A DNA stretch of 63,952 bases, the filler included, from Thraustochytrium aureum (Eukaryota), in assembly GCA_012862495.1 (NCBI GenBank). It is 5 parts of 4 records of this genome, joined end to end, with 100 filler letters (N's around TTAATTAATTAA, not from the genome) between each part and the next. Parts side by side here need not be neighbours in the genome. Positions count along the whole stretch, not along the records: positions 1 to 26,551 come from BLSG01000343.1; 4 more parts are not named here. One strand, written 5' to 3'. A model generated the notes under the pieces. It worked only from the letters and a program-made list of their open reading frames with translations, had not been told where the DNA came from and did not search any database. The translations under genes were made by a program, and so were the position numbers. Positions 11,743 to 22,631 of this stretch are shown in pieces. Position 1 is the stretch's first letter. Each line of letters starts with the position of its first letter.

Positions 11743-13514
11743 ATGGCGCTGCTCGAGCAGGTCACGGTGCTCAGGAGCGGCGCTGTCGCGCCGAGGCCAT
11801 CGAGCTCGCTATCGAACGCCCTGGACGGCGGCGTCGCAAGCGACGAGGCCGGAGACCACGTGCTGTGGTTCGACGGGCGCCAGGTCGGGTTCGCTTGCCT
11901 GAGCAAGACCCGGGCGGCCGAGGCGAGCGTCGCGCTGACGCTCGACGTTGCTGTACGCCACACCTGCTGGCACGAGCCTTTGGGATACGTCGCCGTTGCC
12001 CTCCCGCGGCGCGTCGAGGTGTACCGCGTGGTGGCTGCGCCTTCGCAGGGCGCCGCCAAGGCAACCCTTGCGCTTGCCTTCTCAGTGCTCCAGGAGCTCC
12101 GGGGGCTCGTGGGGCTTTGCTGGCGGCCCGCGAGCCCGCGAGCCGAGCTCCTCGTTGCTTACGAAGACGCCGCGTGTACGTGGTGGGCCAGGATGGCGGC
12201 GCCACGGAGCTGCCGCCACTGGCGATGGGCCCCGAGCAGCTCACTTGCGCTGCGTGGTCGAGCGACGGGACACTTGCGCTCGCTGGTGACACTGGCGGAG
12301 CTGTACACTCGTGGCGCGTGGAAAGCAACGAGCGAAACCCCGCGGGCTGTGCTCAGCGCGTGCACTCTGTCACCACAAACACGGCCTCCCGCTGGTCGCA
12401 CTTGCTCGTGGCCAGGGGCAGCGCGTCCTTGCTCTCGTTGGGTCCAGCCCTGGCGTCCGGGTTAGCTCGAGCATTGCCAAAGCAAAGCAGGCCTCAACGT
12501 CGCTGCACAGCTATGGAATCCGCGACGCGCTTTTCAACGTCGGAGGCAACTCGGCTGAGCTGGCTTTGCAAACCGAATCAAGGGCGTCTGCGTCGCCAAG
12601 CCTTCTTGCCCTAGTCGCCGCGAACGATAAGGGCGCGACCCAGCCCGCCGTGGCAGAAATAGTCGCGGAGCGTGCGCCCGCCGTTCGTCCACTTGTGACA
12701 GTCGTGGGCGCTGCAGAGCGGGTAGGGTCGCCGTCGCCACCCAGGAGCGGCGGAATCCTAGCATCACTCCTCGCCGTCAACCAGCAGTCGGCCTCAAGCC
12801 CAGCGCCCCAGCCGCCGCAGGCGGCCATTGCGGGGACCAGGGCTTTGACAAGCAAGCCTGGCGCCACGTATTGGCTTGACCAGGGCCCGAACGCCGCTGC
12901 AGCTGCGACGGAATTACCTGCCATGGACGACGGTTCCCAGCCCGGCTCGGAGCTGAGGCTAGCCGCTGCGTGTCGCTGTGGCGCCCTGATTGCCATTTGC
13001 CACAAACGGGGCGGCACGAGGGACCAAGTCCTCGTCGCATCTTCAGACGGGCGGGTTGTCGACCGCCACAAATGCGGCGACGGCGAGCGCGTTCGGGGCG
13101 TTCGCTTTGCGAGCTGCGGCGGAGCCTCCGGGTCGTGTCACCGCGTCCTCATGCTACTCACTGCAGCACAAGAATCCGACGCGCTGAACGAGGCAAGCGC
13201 TATCAAGAAAGCAAACGAGGGTGGCCTGGGGCCGTCGCCGTTTTCTCTTCGCGGAGAAGCACAAGGACCCGACTCGCATGCTTTTGCTTCGCGTCTTCGG
13301 TGTGGCACAAAGGCCAGGAGTCTCAACGGCCACCGGGTGCATTCCAGAGCGCGACACTTCCGGCGGCGGTTTCCAGCAGGTCGTGGCTGCACTCGAGGCT
13401 TTGGAAGCTCGGATGGGAGAATTGGGCCGCCAGGTACAAGACTCGGAGGCGCGCATCATGGCGCGGCTCTCTGCCATCGAAACGGCGTTTCTCTGCGGCA
13501 CCGCGCAGCGCTAG
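11743..13514 (+). CDS. WDCP (C2orf44)-like WD-repeat and coiled-coil protein, broken by about 3 frameshifts
   Basis: VLRSG...NAL...VLWFDGRQV and LTCAAWSSDGTLALAGDTGGAVHSW resemble the WDCP N-terminus as I recall it; C-terminal heptads VVAALEALEARMGELGRQVQDSEARIMARLSAIE; pieces lie in ORFs 11611, 11865, 12311 and 13221. Confidence 0.6.
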
Positions 13515-14228
13515 CTNNNNNNNNNNNNNNNNNNNNNNNNNNNNNNNNNNNNNNNNNNNNNNNNNNNNNNNNNNNNNNNNNNNNNNNNNNNNNNNNNNNN
13601 NNNNNNNNNNNNNNNNNNNNNNNNNNNNNNNNNNNNNNNNNNNNNNNNNNNNNNNNNNNNNNNNNNNNNNNNNNNNNNNNNNNNNNNNNNNNNNNNNNNN
13701 NNNNNNNNNNNNNNNNNNNNNNNNNNNNNNNNNNNNNNNNNNNNNNNNNNNNNNNNNNNNNNNNNNNNNNNNNNNNNNNNNNNNNNNNNNNNNNNNNNNN
13801 NNNNNNNNNNNNNNNNNNNNNNNNNNNNNNNNNNNNNNNNNNNNNNNNNNNNNNNNNNNNNNNNNNNNNNNNNNNNNNNNNNNNNNNNNNNNNNNNNNNN
13901 NNNNNNNNNNNNNNNNNNNNNNNNNNNNNNNNNNNNNNNNNNNNNNNNNNNNNNNNNNNNNNNNNNNNNNNNNNNNNNNNNNNNNNNNNNNNNNNNNNNN
14001 NNNNNNNNNNNNNNNNNNNNNNNNNNNNNNNNNNNNNNNNNNNNNNNNNNNNNNNNNNNNNNNNNNNNNNNNNNNNNNNNNNNNNNNNNNNNNNNNNNNN
14101 NNNNNNNNNNNNNNNNNNNNNNNNNNNNNNNNNNNNNNNNNNNNNNNNNNNNNNNNNNNNNNNNNNNNNNNNNNNNNNNNNNNNNNNNNNNNNNNNNNNN
14201 NNNNNNNNNNNNNNNNNNNNNNNNNNNN

Positions 14229-14473
14229 AAGGCTTTGATACCGCTCTCGGCATTGCTCGCGCAACAGCTTCATGCGCTCCATTTTGATTTTAAACTGCTC
14301 CGAGCCTGCAGAGGCCGCTCCCGCCAGCTGTCGCGGTTTGCTTGCAGCGGCAGAGCCTGCCGATGGCTGCTGCCCCGCTGCGCCTCCGTCGGCAGGGCTG
14401 TCCCCTGAAAAGGCACATAGAGCAGAAACGCGACCACCGCCACACCGAGCACGCTCAGCCACAGCGGGTGCAT
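14229..14473 (-). CDS. 5' fragment of a probable type II membrane or secreted protein running into the gap
   Basis: MHPLWLSVLGVAVVAFLLYVPF signal/anchor; a second frame continues ...EQFKIKMERMKLLREQCRERYQSL into the Ns. Confidence 0.4.
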
Positions 14474-15458
14474 CGTTCACCGCCTTGCGTCCCGGGCTCG
14501 CGCCGCGCCCACCGCCGGCAGCGATCTCGCAGGCCGCTCTCGCCCCGCCCGATCTCGTCCGCGGCGACTCGCGGCGTCCGCAGGCCAGCCGTGGCGCCAG
14601 GCCCACGCCTCGCGACGCGGCGGGCCAAGCCAATCAATCGACTCTCCTCGGGCCCCTTCCCACCTACCTTCCTTCCTCCCTTCCCTCCCTCCCTCCTTCC
14701 TTCAACCTCTGGGCCAAGATCAACCCGAGAGCAACAGGAATTCGGCAGCCGCCCGCCGACCGCAGGACCGTCCGCCGTCTGCGCTCTGCGCTCGCCCGCG
14801 GCGCTCGCTCTCCTGCTGCTGCTCTGCTCAGCTGCTGCTCGCTTTCCTTTCCTTCGGCTTCAATCAAGTTGTTTTTTTGTCATCAATCAAGGTGATCACC
14901 TCCAGCCAGACACCAGAGTACTTACTTCGTGGAGTTGAGGCCTACTTTCCTCGCCACGGTCGCGTTGTTCGTGGTTTGGCTGCTCGGTTTGTTTCCCCGA
15001 GGGCGCGGCCGCTCGCGAGGAGCGCCGTTCTCCCCAGCTGCTGCTGCTGCTGCTGCTGCTGCTCTTCTGCTGCTCCGCTGCTGCGTTGGAGCAGGAAGAG
15101 CTCAATTCTCCGCCTCCTGAGCGGTACCACACGTACTAGTAGGTATGGGGCAGAAAAAACCACCGTTCGTGCCTGCCTGACTCATGAGCGAAGGGGGCGT
15201 GGGTTCGGAGCAACTTGCGTGGTTCTGCCGCGGGATTGGGCGGCTTTTCTTTGGTGTGCGTTTGCTCGTTTTTGTGCTTTGGGGTTTGCCCGAGTGTGGC
15301 GCAGGCGTTGGAGCAGGCGCCGGAGCAGTCCCATCTCGGCGCGGCGGCGTCGTGCTGGCGCGCCTGGGCTGCGGAGAGGACGCGCGGAAGGACGCGGCGG
15401 GGGCGTGGCTGGTTTGGGCCGGCCGCGAGGGGCTTTGGACCCCGGTGCTGGGCGAGGA

Positions 15459-16386
15459 ATGACGGTCGCGGGGTTGGGTCGGAAGATGAACCCCGACGAG
15501 GCACTCGCGAACGAGGCGCGACGCGCGGACGCCGCCGCTGTGAAGGTGCTGCTGTTTGGGAAAGATGGCTGGATCGGTGGCATGATCGTGCGGATTTTGC
15601 AGCGCCACGGCGTTGCGGTGGAACTGGCGAGGAGCAGGCTCGAGGAGCGGCAGGACGTCAGGGACGAGCTGGACGTGGTGCGCCCCACGCATGTCGTGAA
15701 TGCGGCGGGCGTGACAGGGAGGCCAAACGTGGACTGGTGCGAGGACCACAAGATCGAGACCGTTCGGTCCAACGTGATCGGCGCGCTCAACCTGGCCGAC
15801 CTTTGCGCGGCGCGGGACGTGCATCTCACTGTCCTCGCAACGGGATGCATATACTCGTACGACGCCAGCCACGCGCAGGGGAGCGGGCGCGGGTTCTCCG
15901 AAGAAGACGCGCCGAATTTCTCGGGCTCCTTTTACTCGAAGACGAAAGGGATGGTCGAAGCGATGCTGCGGTGCTTTCCGCGAACGCTCATCTTGCGCTT
16001 CCGCATGCCGATTCGGACGACCTGGCGCCGCGCAACTTTATCACCAAGATATCGTCATACGAGCGCGTGGTCAACGTGCCCAACTCGGTGACTGTTCTGC
16101 ACGACCTCCTTCCGCTCGCACTGCTCATGGCGCTGCGCGGCCTGGACGGCGTGTTCAACTTTACCAACCCGGGGACGATCTCGCACAACGAATGCCTCGA
16201 GCTCTACAAGGAGTACATCGACCCCTCGTTCGTGTACGTCAACTTTTCCCTTGAAGAACAGGCCAAAGGTCCTCAAGGCACCGCGGTCCAATTGCGAGCT
16301 GGATTGCTCCAAGCTGCTGGCTGCCGTTCCAGACGTGCACGTTCCCCGAGCCGAGCAGGCGGTGCGGGCCGCGTTCGCGCGGATGC
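15459..16386 (+). CDS. UER1: NRS/ER (UER1)-type bifunctional NDP-4-keto-6-deoxyglucose 3,5-epimerase/4-reductase (rhamnose synthesis); two homopolymer frameshifts; 3' end in gap
   Basis: GKDGWIGG, PTHVVNAAGVTGRPNVDWCEDHK, ATGCIY, GSFYSKTK, PRNFITKI, VVNVPNSVTVL, NFTNPGTISHNE, APRSNCELD; frameshifts at about 16012 and 16266. Confidence 0.93.
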
Positions 16387-16991
16387 NNNNNNNNNNNNNN
16401 NNNNNNNNNNNNNNNNNNNNNNNNNNNNNNNNNNNNNNNNNNNNNNNNNNNNNNNNNNNNNNNNNNNNNNNNNNNNNNNNNNNNNNNNNNNNNNNNNNNN
16501 NNNNNNNNNNNNNNNNNNNNNNNNNNNNNNNNNNNNNNNNNNNNNNNNNNNNNNNNNNNNNNNNNNNNNNNNNNNNNNNNNNNNNNNNNNNNNNNNNNNN
16601 NNNNNNNNNNNNNNNNNNNNNNNNNNNNNNNNNNNNNNNNNNNNNNNNNNNNNNNNNNNNNNNNNNNNNNNNNNNNNNNNNNNNNNNNNNNNNNNNNNNN
16701 NNNNNNNNNNNNNNNNNNNNNNNNNNNNNNNNNNNNNNNNNNNNNNNNNNNNNNNNNNNNNNNNNNNNNNNNNNNNNNNNNNNNNNNNNNNNNNNNNNNN
16801 NNNNNNNNNNNNNNNNNNNNNNNNNNNNNNNNNNNNNNNNNNNNNNNNNNNNNNNNNNNNNNNNNNNNNNNNNNNNNNNNNNNNNNNNNNNNNNNNNNNN
16901 NNNNNNNNNNNNNNNNNNNNNNNNNNNNNNNNNNNNNNNNNNNNNNNNNNNNNNNNNNNNNNNNNNNNNNNNNNNNNNNNNNNNNNNNNNN

Positions 16992-18366
16992 CCGACGGCC
17001 TCCGAACTCGCTCCGACGTGCGTGTGCTCAAAGTGGCGGCGGCAGGCGAGCTGGTACTGGTTGGAGCTGACCAGGTCGACGATCTCGTCGATGGCGGGCT
17101 TTTGCGACGCGCCCATTTGGCGAGTGAGGACGCGGCGCATGTTGGCTGCGCCGTAGGTCTTGAACGGGCACCCATGATGCTCGTTCGAGTTGGCTGGTTG
17201 CACGCCGAGGATGATCTTGGCGCACGAGTACGGTCGGTAGTCGGCGCGCTTGCCCTCTTGCCCGTAGGTGTGGCGAATGGCGTACGCGTACTTTTTCTGG
17301 AAAACGTCGGCCGGCGTGGGCTTCTTGGCAAACTCGGTCTGAAAGTAGCGCAAGCAGTCCTGCATACTGAGTCCGATGCCCTTGAGGTACAGCTGAAACT
17401 GCAGCCGGGCGTGATACTTGAGGTGGTGTTCGCGCTTCATGGCGAAGTGGACCTCGCGCATGCACATCGGGAACGACTGCGCAAACTGGTCCAGGTTGTC
17501 GGCGCGAATCTCCTGGCCGTGGCCTTGCTTGACCTCCACGCCAAACTCTGGCCCTACGTAGGCCGTCTCGAGCATCTTCAGGATGGGGCGAATGCGATCC
17601 TCCTGCCGCACGTAGGGCAGCGAGCGGAAGGCGACTGCGAGCATGCGCGACAGGGTAGAGCGGAAGCGCGACACGAGGATGCTGATCAGGTCCGTCTCGG
17701 GCACGTACGCAAACCCCTTGTGCACGTACACTGAGCGCCGTGACACGAGGTCGAGCACCTCTGTGAACGACACTTTGTAGTGCTGCACGCTCTCAAACGG
17801 CTTTTGCAGGGCTGCGGACCCCCCAGCGGCAGCTTGCTTTTTCAGCCGCAGCGGCTTGGTGGCCATGTACACGTCTCGCAGCGCGTCCGCGTGCGTGCGT
17901 AGCTCCTTGGGTGCGATCGGTTCGTATCCCAGCTCGTTTTCGGCCATGAACCGCTGCACCTCGGCCATGTCGCGCCGCTTCTCAAACCTGTGCTTGAAGA
18001 GGAGCATTTCGAAGGCCAAAAACCGCTTGCGCAGGTCTTCGCTCGCTGCGAACGCGAGGCGGAGCACCCAGTGCGAGATGTTGTCCTGCTCCTTCTCCTC
18101 GTCTGTTTTAACTTCGAGGTGGGTGTTTCGCATGGCTTCCTCAAGTTTTTTCATCGTGTGGTCCACCGGGTCCCCTCTGTTCATCGAGTTCTCCGCCGCG
18201 CTCAGCACCCGGAGCCGAGCGATCGCTAGAGCTTCAAAGTCATCGAGCGAAATCGCGCTGGAAGGCGGTTCGCTGTACAGCGTCAGAGCGCTCGGCCGGG
18301 GCCCTTGCTGCTCTCAAGAATAAACCTCCCGCCGCCGCCGCCGTTCTTCCGCCGCCCGAACTCCAT
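16992..18366 (-). CDS. PRIM2: DNA primase large subunit; frameshift near 18300; 3' end in gap
   Basis: MEF start, LYSEPPSSAISLDDFEALAIARLRVL, DNISHWVLRLAF, FPMCM, HHLKYHARLQFQLYLKGIGL, YAYAIRHTYGQEGKRADY, HGCPF Fe-S cysteines. Confidence 0.96.
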
Positions 18367-19559
18367 CCTCCCGTCGCTCGGCAACCAACCAAGCAGCGAN
18401 NNNNNNNNNNNNNNNNNNNNNNNNNNNNNNNNNNNNNNNNNNNNNNNNNNNNNNNNNNNNNNNNNNNNNNNNNNNNNNNNNNNNNNNNNNNNNNNNNNNN
18501 NNNNNNNNNNNNNNNNNNNNNNNNNNNNNNNNNNNNNNNNNNNNNNNNNNNNNNNNNNNNNNNNNNNNNNNNNNNNNNNNNNNNNNNNNNNNNNNNNNNN
18601 NNNNNNNNNNNNNNNNNNNNNNNNNNNNNNNNNNNNNNNNNNNNNNNNNNNNNNNNNNNNNNNNNNNNNNNNNNNNNNNNNNNNNNNNNNNNNNNNNNNN
18701 NNNNNNNNNNNNNNNNNNNNNNNNNNNNNNNNNNNNNNNNNNNNNNNNNNNNNNNNNNNNNNNNNNNNNNNNNNNNNNNNNNNNNNNNNNNNNNNNNNNN
18801 NNNNNNNNNNNNNNNNNNNNNNNNNNNNNNNNNNNNNNNNNNNNNNNNNNNNNNNNNNNNNNNNNNNNNNNNNNNNNNNNNNNNNNNNNNNNNNNNNNNN
18901 NNNNNNNNNNNNNNNNNNNNNNNNNNNNNNNNNNNNNNNNNNNNNNNNNNNNNNNNNNNNNNNNNNNNNNNNNNNNNNNNNNNNNNNNNNNNNNNNNNNN
19001 NNNNNNNNNNNNNNNNNNNNNNNNNNNNNNNNNNNNNNNNNNNNNNNNNNNNNNNNNNNNNNNNNNNNNNNNNNNNNNNNNNNNNNNNNNNNNNNNNNNN
19101 NNNNNNNNNNNNNNNNNNNNNNNNNNNNNNNNNNNNNNNNNNNNNNNNNNNNNNNNNNNNNNNNNNNNNNNNNNNNNNNNNNNNNNNNNNNNNNNNNNNN
19201 NNNNNNNNNNNNNNNNNNNNNNNNNNNNNNNNNNNNNNNNNNNNNNNNNNNNNNNNNNNNNNNNNNNNNNNNNNNNNNNNNNNNNNNNNNNNNNNNNNNN
19301 NNNCCCGTGCCTTCGCTCCTCGTGGCGGTGTGCCCATGTCGCGGCGACGATCGCACCTGCTGCAAACGCGCTCTCGCCCCAGGTTGAGGACAGGCCTGAG
19401 CGAGCGGAGCTGAGCTGACCGTGGCTGCCTGTGACCGCGTGGCGCCGTCGAGCCCAGCCGCAGACCACCAACTTGCGAGCTTGTGCGCGCCGCCGCCCCA
19501 ACGGTCTTCCTTCCACCGGCAGGCGGAGCGGTCGCCGAGTCTGTGCCGCTGCAGCAACC

Positions 19560-20051
19560 ATGGGGGACGTGGTGCGGTTTGCCGAGCGTGGCACGCCGCG
19601 CAAGTTGCTGTACGTGTTGGTTGTGGCTACGGCCGTGCTCGTGGCTGTGTTCGGCGTCGTCGTTTGGCAGACGATCGAGCAGCCTGGCGATACCGCGGCG
19701 CAGGTTTCGTTGTACATCGTGATGGGATTCGTGTTGTTGGTGATGCTGTCTCTCCTCTTCGCCGTGTCGTCCTTCAGCGTTGTTCTCAACTCCAAAGTGC
19801 TCCGCTTTGGATTCCGAACGGCGTTGCTCAGGAAGAGCGTGCCATTGGACCAGATTGACTCGGCAGAGGCGACAACCGTCTCGTGGATGTCATACGGAGG
19901 CTGCGGCGTCCGAATGAAGAGCTGCAGCGATATCGGGTACATCGCCGACTCTGGGGAAGGCGTGACCATCTGCCTCCGCGGGGGCAAGCGGTACACGTTC
20001 AGCTGCGAGGGATCGAAGGAGCTCGTGGCCCTACTGCGCTCGAGCGCGTGA
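19560..20051 (+). CDS. Two-TM membrane protein with a C-terminal bacterial PH-like domain (YGGWGIR-type family)
   Basis: Two hydrophobic helices, then RKSVPLDQIDSAE...YGGCGVR...GEGVTICLRGGKRYTFSCEGSKELVALL. Confidence 0.7.
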   Translation: MGDVVRFAERGTPRKLLYVLVVATAVLVAVFGVVVWQTIEQPGDTAAQVSLYIVMGFVLLVMLSLLFAVSSFSVVLNSKVLRFGFRTALLRKSVPLDQIDSAEATTVSWMSYGGCGVRMKSCSDIGYIADSGEGVTICLRGGKRYTFSCEGSKELVALLRSSA

Positions 20052-20303
20052 TTGAATTAGGTTGTTCAATACCAAATGCAGCTAAGGAAGTTCAATACCA
20101 AATGCAGCCAAGGAAGATACAAACAATTTGCAAGGCCCGGCGAGGACAGCTCGCGCGGTCGGTACATCGAGAGACTGCAGTGCGTGCAAAAGCGGCCGCC
20201 GCGACCACACCACCCCAAAATCACGCCATCCGTGCGTTCTGCGGACGAGGCGACCTGGCACTACTACTACTTGTTCTCTCGCGTGCTTGAAGGGCCGATA
20301 TCC

Positions 20304-21296
20304 TCACCATAGCAGCATCCAGGAACCGACAAGGTCAGATCGGACGAGCGAACCGATCTCCATCACGAGCGAGTACGGGACGATGGGGCTGTTCGCGGAA
20401 AACCGCCCCGAGTTCTTCAGTTTCTCGTCTTTCGGAACAAGCGCAAGCGAGTTGGCAAACATCCTGGAGCGGTAAATTCCAACGGGCCGGGACACGGCGC
20501 GCTGGATGACGCCTTTCTCCAGCCGGGTCTTCTGCACGATGACGTCCTTGGTTGGCTTGTCGTTGATCCGCTCGAGGCACACGTACGCATGAAGGGAGAT
20601 TATCTTGAGAGCATTGGCCTTGCTGAGTTGCTGGCCCGCGTGCATGACGTCGTGCAAGAAAATCGTGTCGCCTTGGATGGTAGCCAGAACGCGCTTCCAC
20701 TTGCGGAAGAGCTTTTTCGTCGTCGTCCGCCACAGCAGTGGGCCGTGAAAAGACACGGCAAGGGGAGAGGCCCCGGTGACTTCGCCCGACTGCACCGCTT
20801 GGGCAACTGGCAAGCTCTCCTGCTCGCACGTTGGACTGGACTGGGCCGGCACAGGAAAGGCGACTGGAAGTGCGTCTTGGGCGTTTCGCAAAGCCGTTGC
20901 CGCGTCCGAAGCGAGCCCTGAGCTTGCCCCACCAACAGACGCGGACCGCGCTGATTGGTCTCTTGCGCTACGACTGCAGGCAGATACGCCGCCAGCACGT
21001 GGAGCCGACGTCGGCGCCGCCTCCGCCGCGCGCTCGGTATGGGCGCTGGCGAAAGACTGGGCTTCAGCGCACTCTGAACAAAGGTCCCAATTGCACGTGC
21101 GGCAGCCCACCATGCGTTTCCCCGGCGAGGCATTTGCGTCACAGGCATCGCACGAAAAACTGCCGCGAGCCAGAAACCCCACAAGGCCGTGTCCTCGAGG
21201 GCAGGTTAGCGAGGTGTCCGAGGCTTGGTTCGCGGAGGGAGTCGCGCGGCCAGGGGCCGGCGCGCTTTCGTGACTTAAAATGACGGGGTTGAGCGG
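20304..21296 (-). CDS. ZZ-like zinc finger plus PH-domain protein, 5'-partial
   Basis: CPRGH...CDAC...CRTCNWDLCSEC; PH-like FHGPLLWRTTTKKLFRKWKRVLATIQGDTIFLH; frame open to the gap. Confidence 0.7.
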   Translation of the reverse strand, partial: PLNPVILSHESAPAPGRATPSANQASDTSLTCPRGHGLVGFLARGSFSCDACDANASPGKRMVGCRTCNWDLCSECAEAQSFASAHTERAAEAAPTSAPRAGGVSACSRSARDQSARSASVGGASSGLASDAATALRNAQDALPVAFPVPAQSSPTCEQESLPVAQAVQSGEVTGASPLAVSFHGPLLWRTTTKKLFRKWKRVLATIQGDTIFLHDVMHAGQQLSKANALKIISLHAYVCLERINDKPTKDVIVQKTRLEKGVIQRAVSRPVGIYRSRMFANSLALVPKDEKLKNSGRFSANSPIVPYSLVMEIGSLVRSDLVGSWMLLW

Positions 21297-21901
21297 NNNN
21301 NNNNNNNNNNNNNNNNNNNNNNNNNNNNNNNNNNNNNNNNNNNNNNNNNNNNNNNNNNNNNNNNNNNNNNNNNNNNNNNNNNNNNNNNNNNNNNNNNNNN
21401 NNNNNNNNNNNNNNNNNNNNNNNNNNNNNNNNNNNNNNNNNNNNNNNNNNNNNNNNNNNNNNNNNNNNNNNNNNNNNNNNNNNNNNNNNNNNNNNNNNNN
21501 NNNNNNNNNNNNNNNNNNNNNNNNNNNNNNNNNNNNNNNNNNNNNNNNNNNNNNNNNNNNNNNNNNNNNNNNNNNNNNNNNNNNNNNNNNNNNNNNNNNN
21601 NNNNNNNNNNNNNNNNNNNNNNNNNNNNNNNNNNNNNNNNNNNNNNNNNNNNNNNNNNNNNNNNNNNNNNNNNNNNNNNNNNNNNNNNNNNNNNNNNNNN
21701 NNNNNNNNNNNNNNNNNNNNNNNNNNNNNNNNNNNNNNNNNNNNNNNNNNNNNNNNNNNNNNNNNNNNNNNNNNNNNNNNNNNNNNNNNNNNNNNNNNNN
21801 NNNNNNNNNNNNNNNNNNNNNNNNNNNNNNNNNNNNNNNNNNNNNNNNNNNNNNNNNNNNNNNNNNNNNNNNNNNNNNNNNNNNNNNNNNNNNNNCGAGC
21901 G

Positions 21902-21941
<40 letters not shown>

Positions 21942-22631
21942 CTAGCCAGCCTAGCCTCCTGCCTGCGTGCCTGCCTGCGTGCCTGCCTGTTCGCGCGCGC
22001 GCGGGCGGGAGTCCTTGCGCAGCTCCGGAGGCGTCAAGTGACTGTGACAGCTGAAACTCGAAGCAGATGCATCTATCTGTTCGACGGAGGTGATGCCTGT
22101 CTCGGGAGACGAAGCAGGAGAAAAGTGGAAAAGTGGAAAAGAGGCGTTCAGGTGAGAGTTGGTGGCACGACGACCGCAACGCGAGCGCTGTTGGACTGCT
22201 GCGTTGGAGGCCTGCGGGCGGGCACCCTGGCAAGCTGGACGAGGAGAGAAGGCGGCGGTGCGCAGTGCGCGCTGGGGAGGGAGGTGGCCTCGGCCGATAG
22301 CGTGGGTTAGGTTGCCCGGGCGGGGCAAGCTATCTATCTATCTATACCTCGACTACGCGGGCATGTAGAGGTGTACCGGAAGAGGCGCGGCGGAGGCGCG
22401 AGCTGAACGCGTGGACGTGTCGGTGGTTTGGTGCTCTGGCTCGACGAGGGGCGGCGCGCTCGAAAGACGATCCTGTTCGAAGCACGCCGACGGCCAAGTG
22501 GCGGCCGGGCAGCAAGCTCGCACATTGTGTTAGGTAGATGTCGAGCAGACTGCCCGTCGTGGCCGCCCGAGCCATGCAGTGTGCGCAGCGCACGCTTCGA
22601 CGCCGCAGGAGGAGCGAGGCCGAAGACTCGC

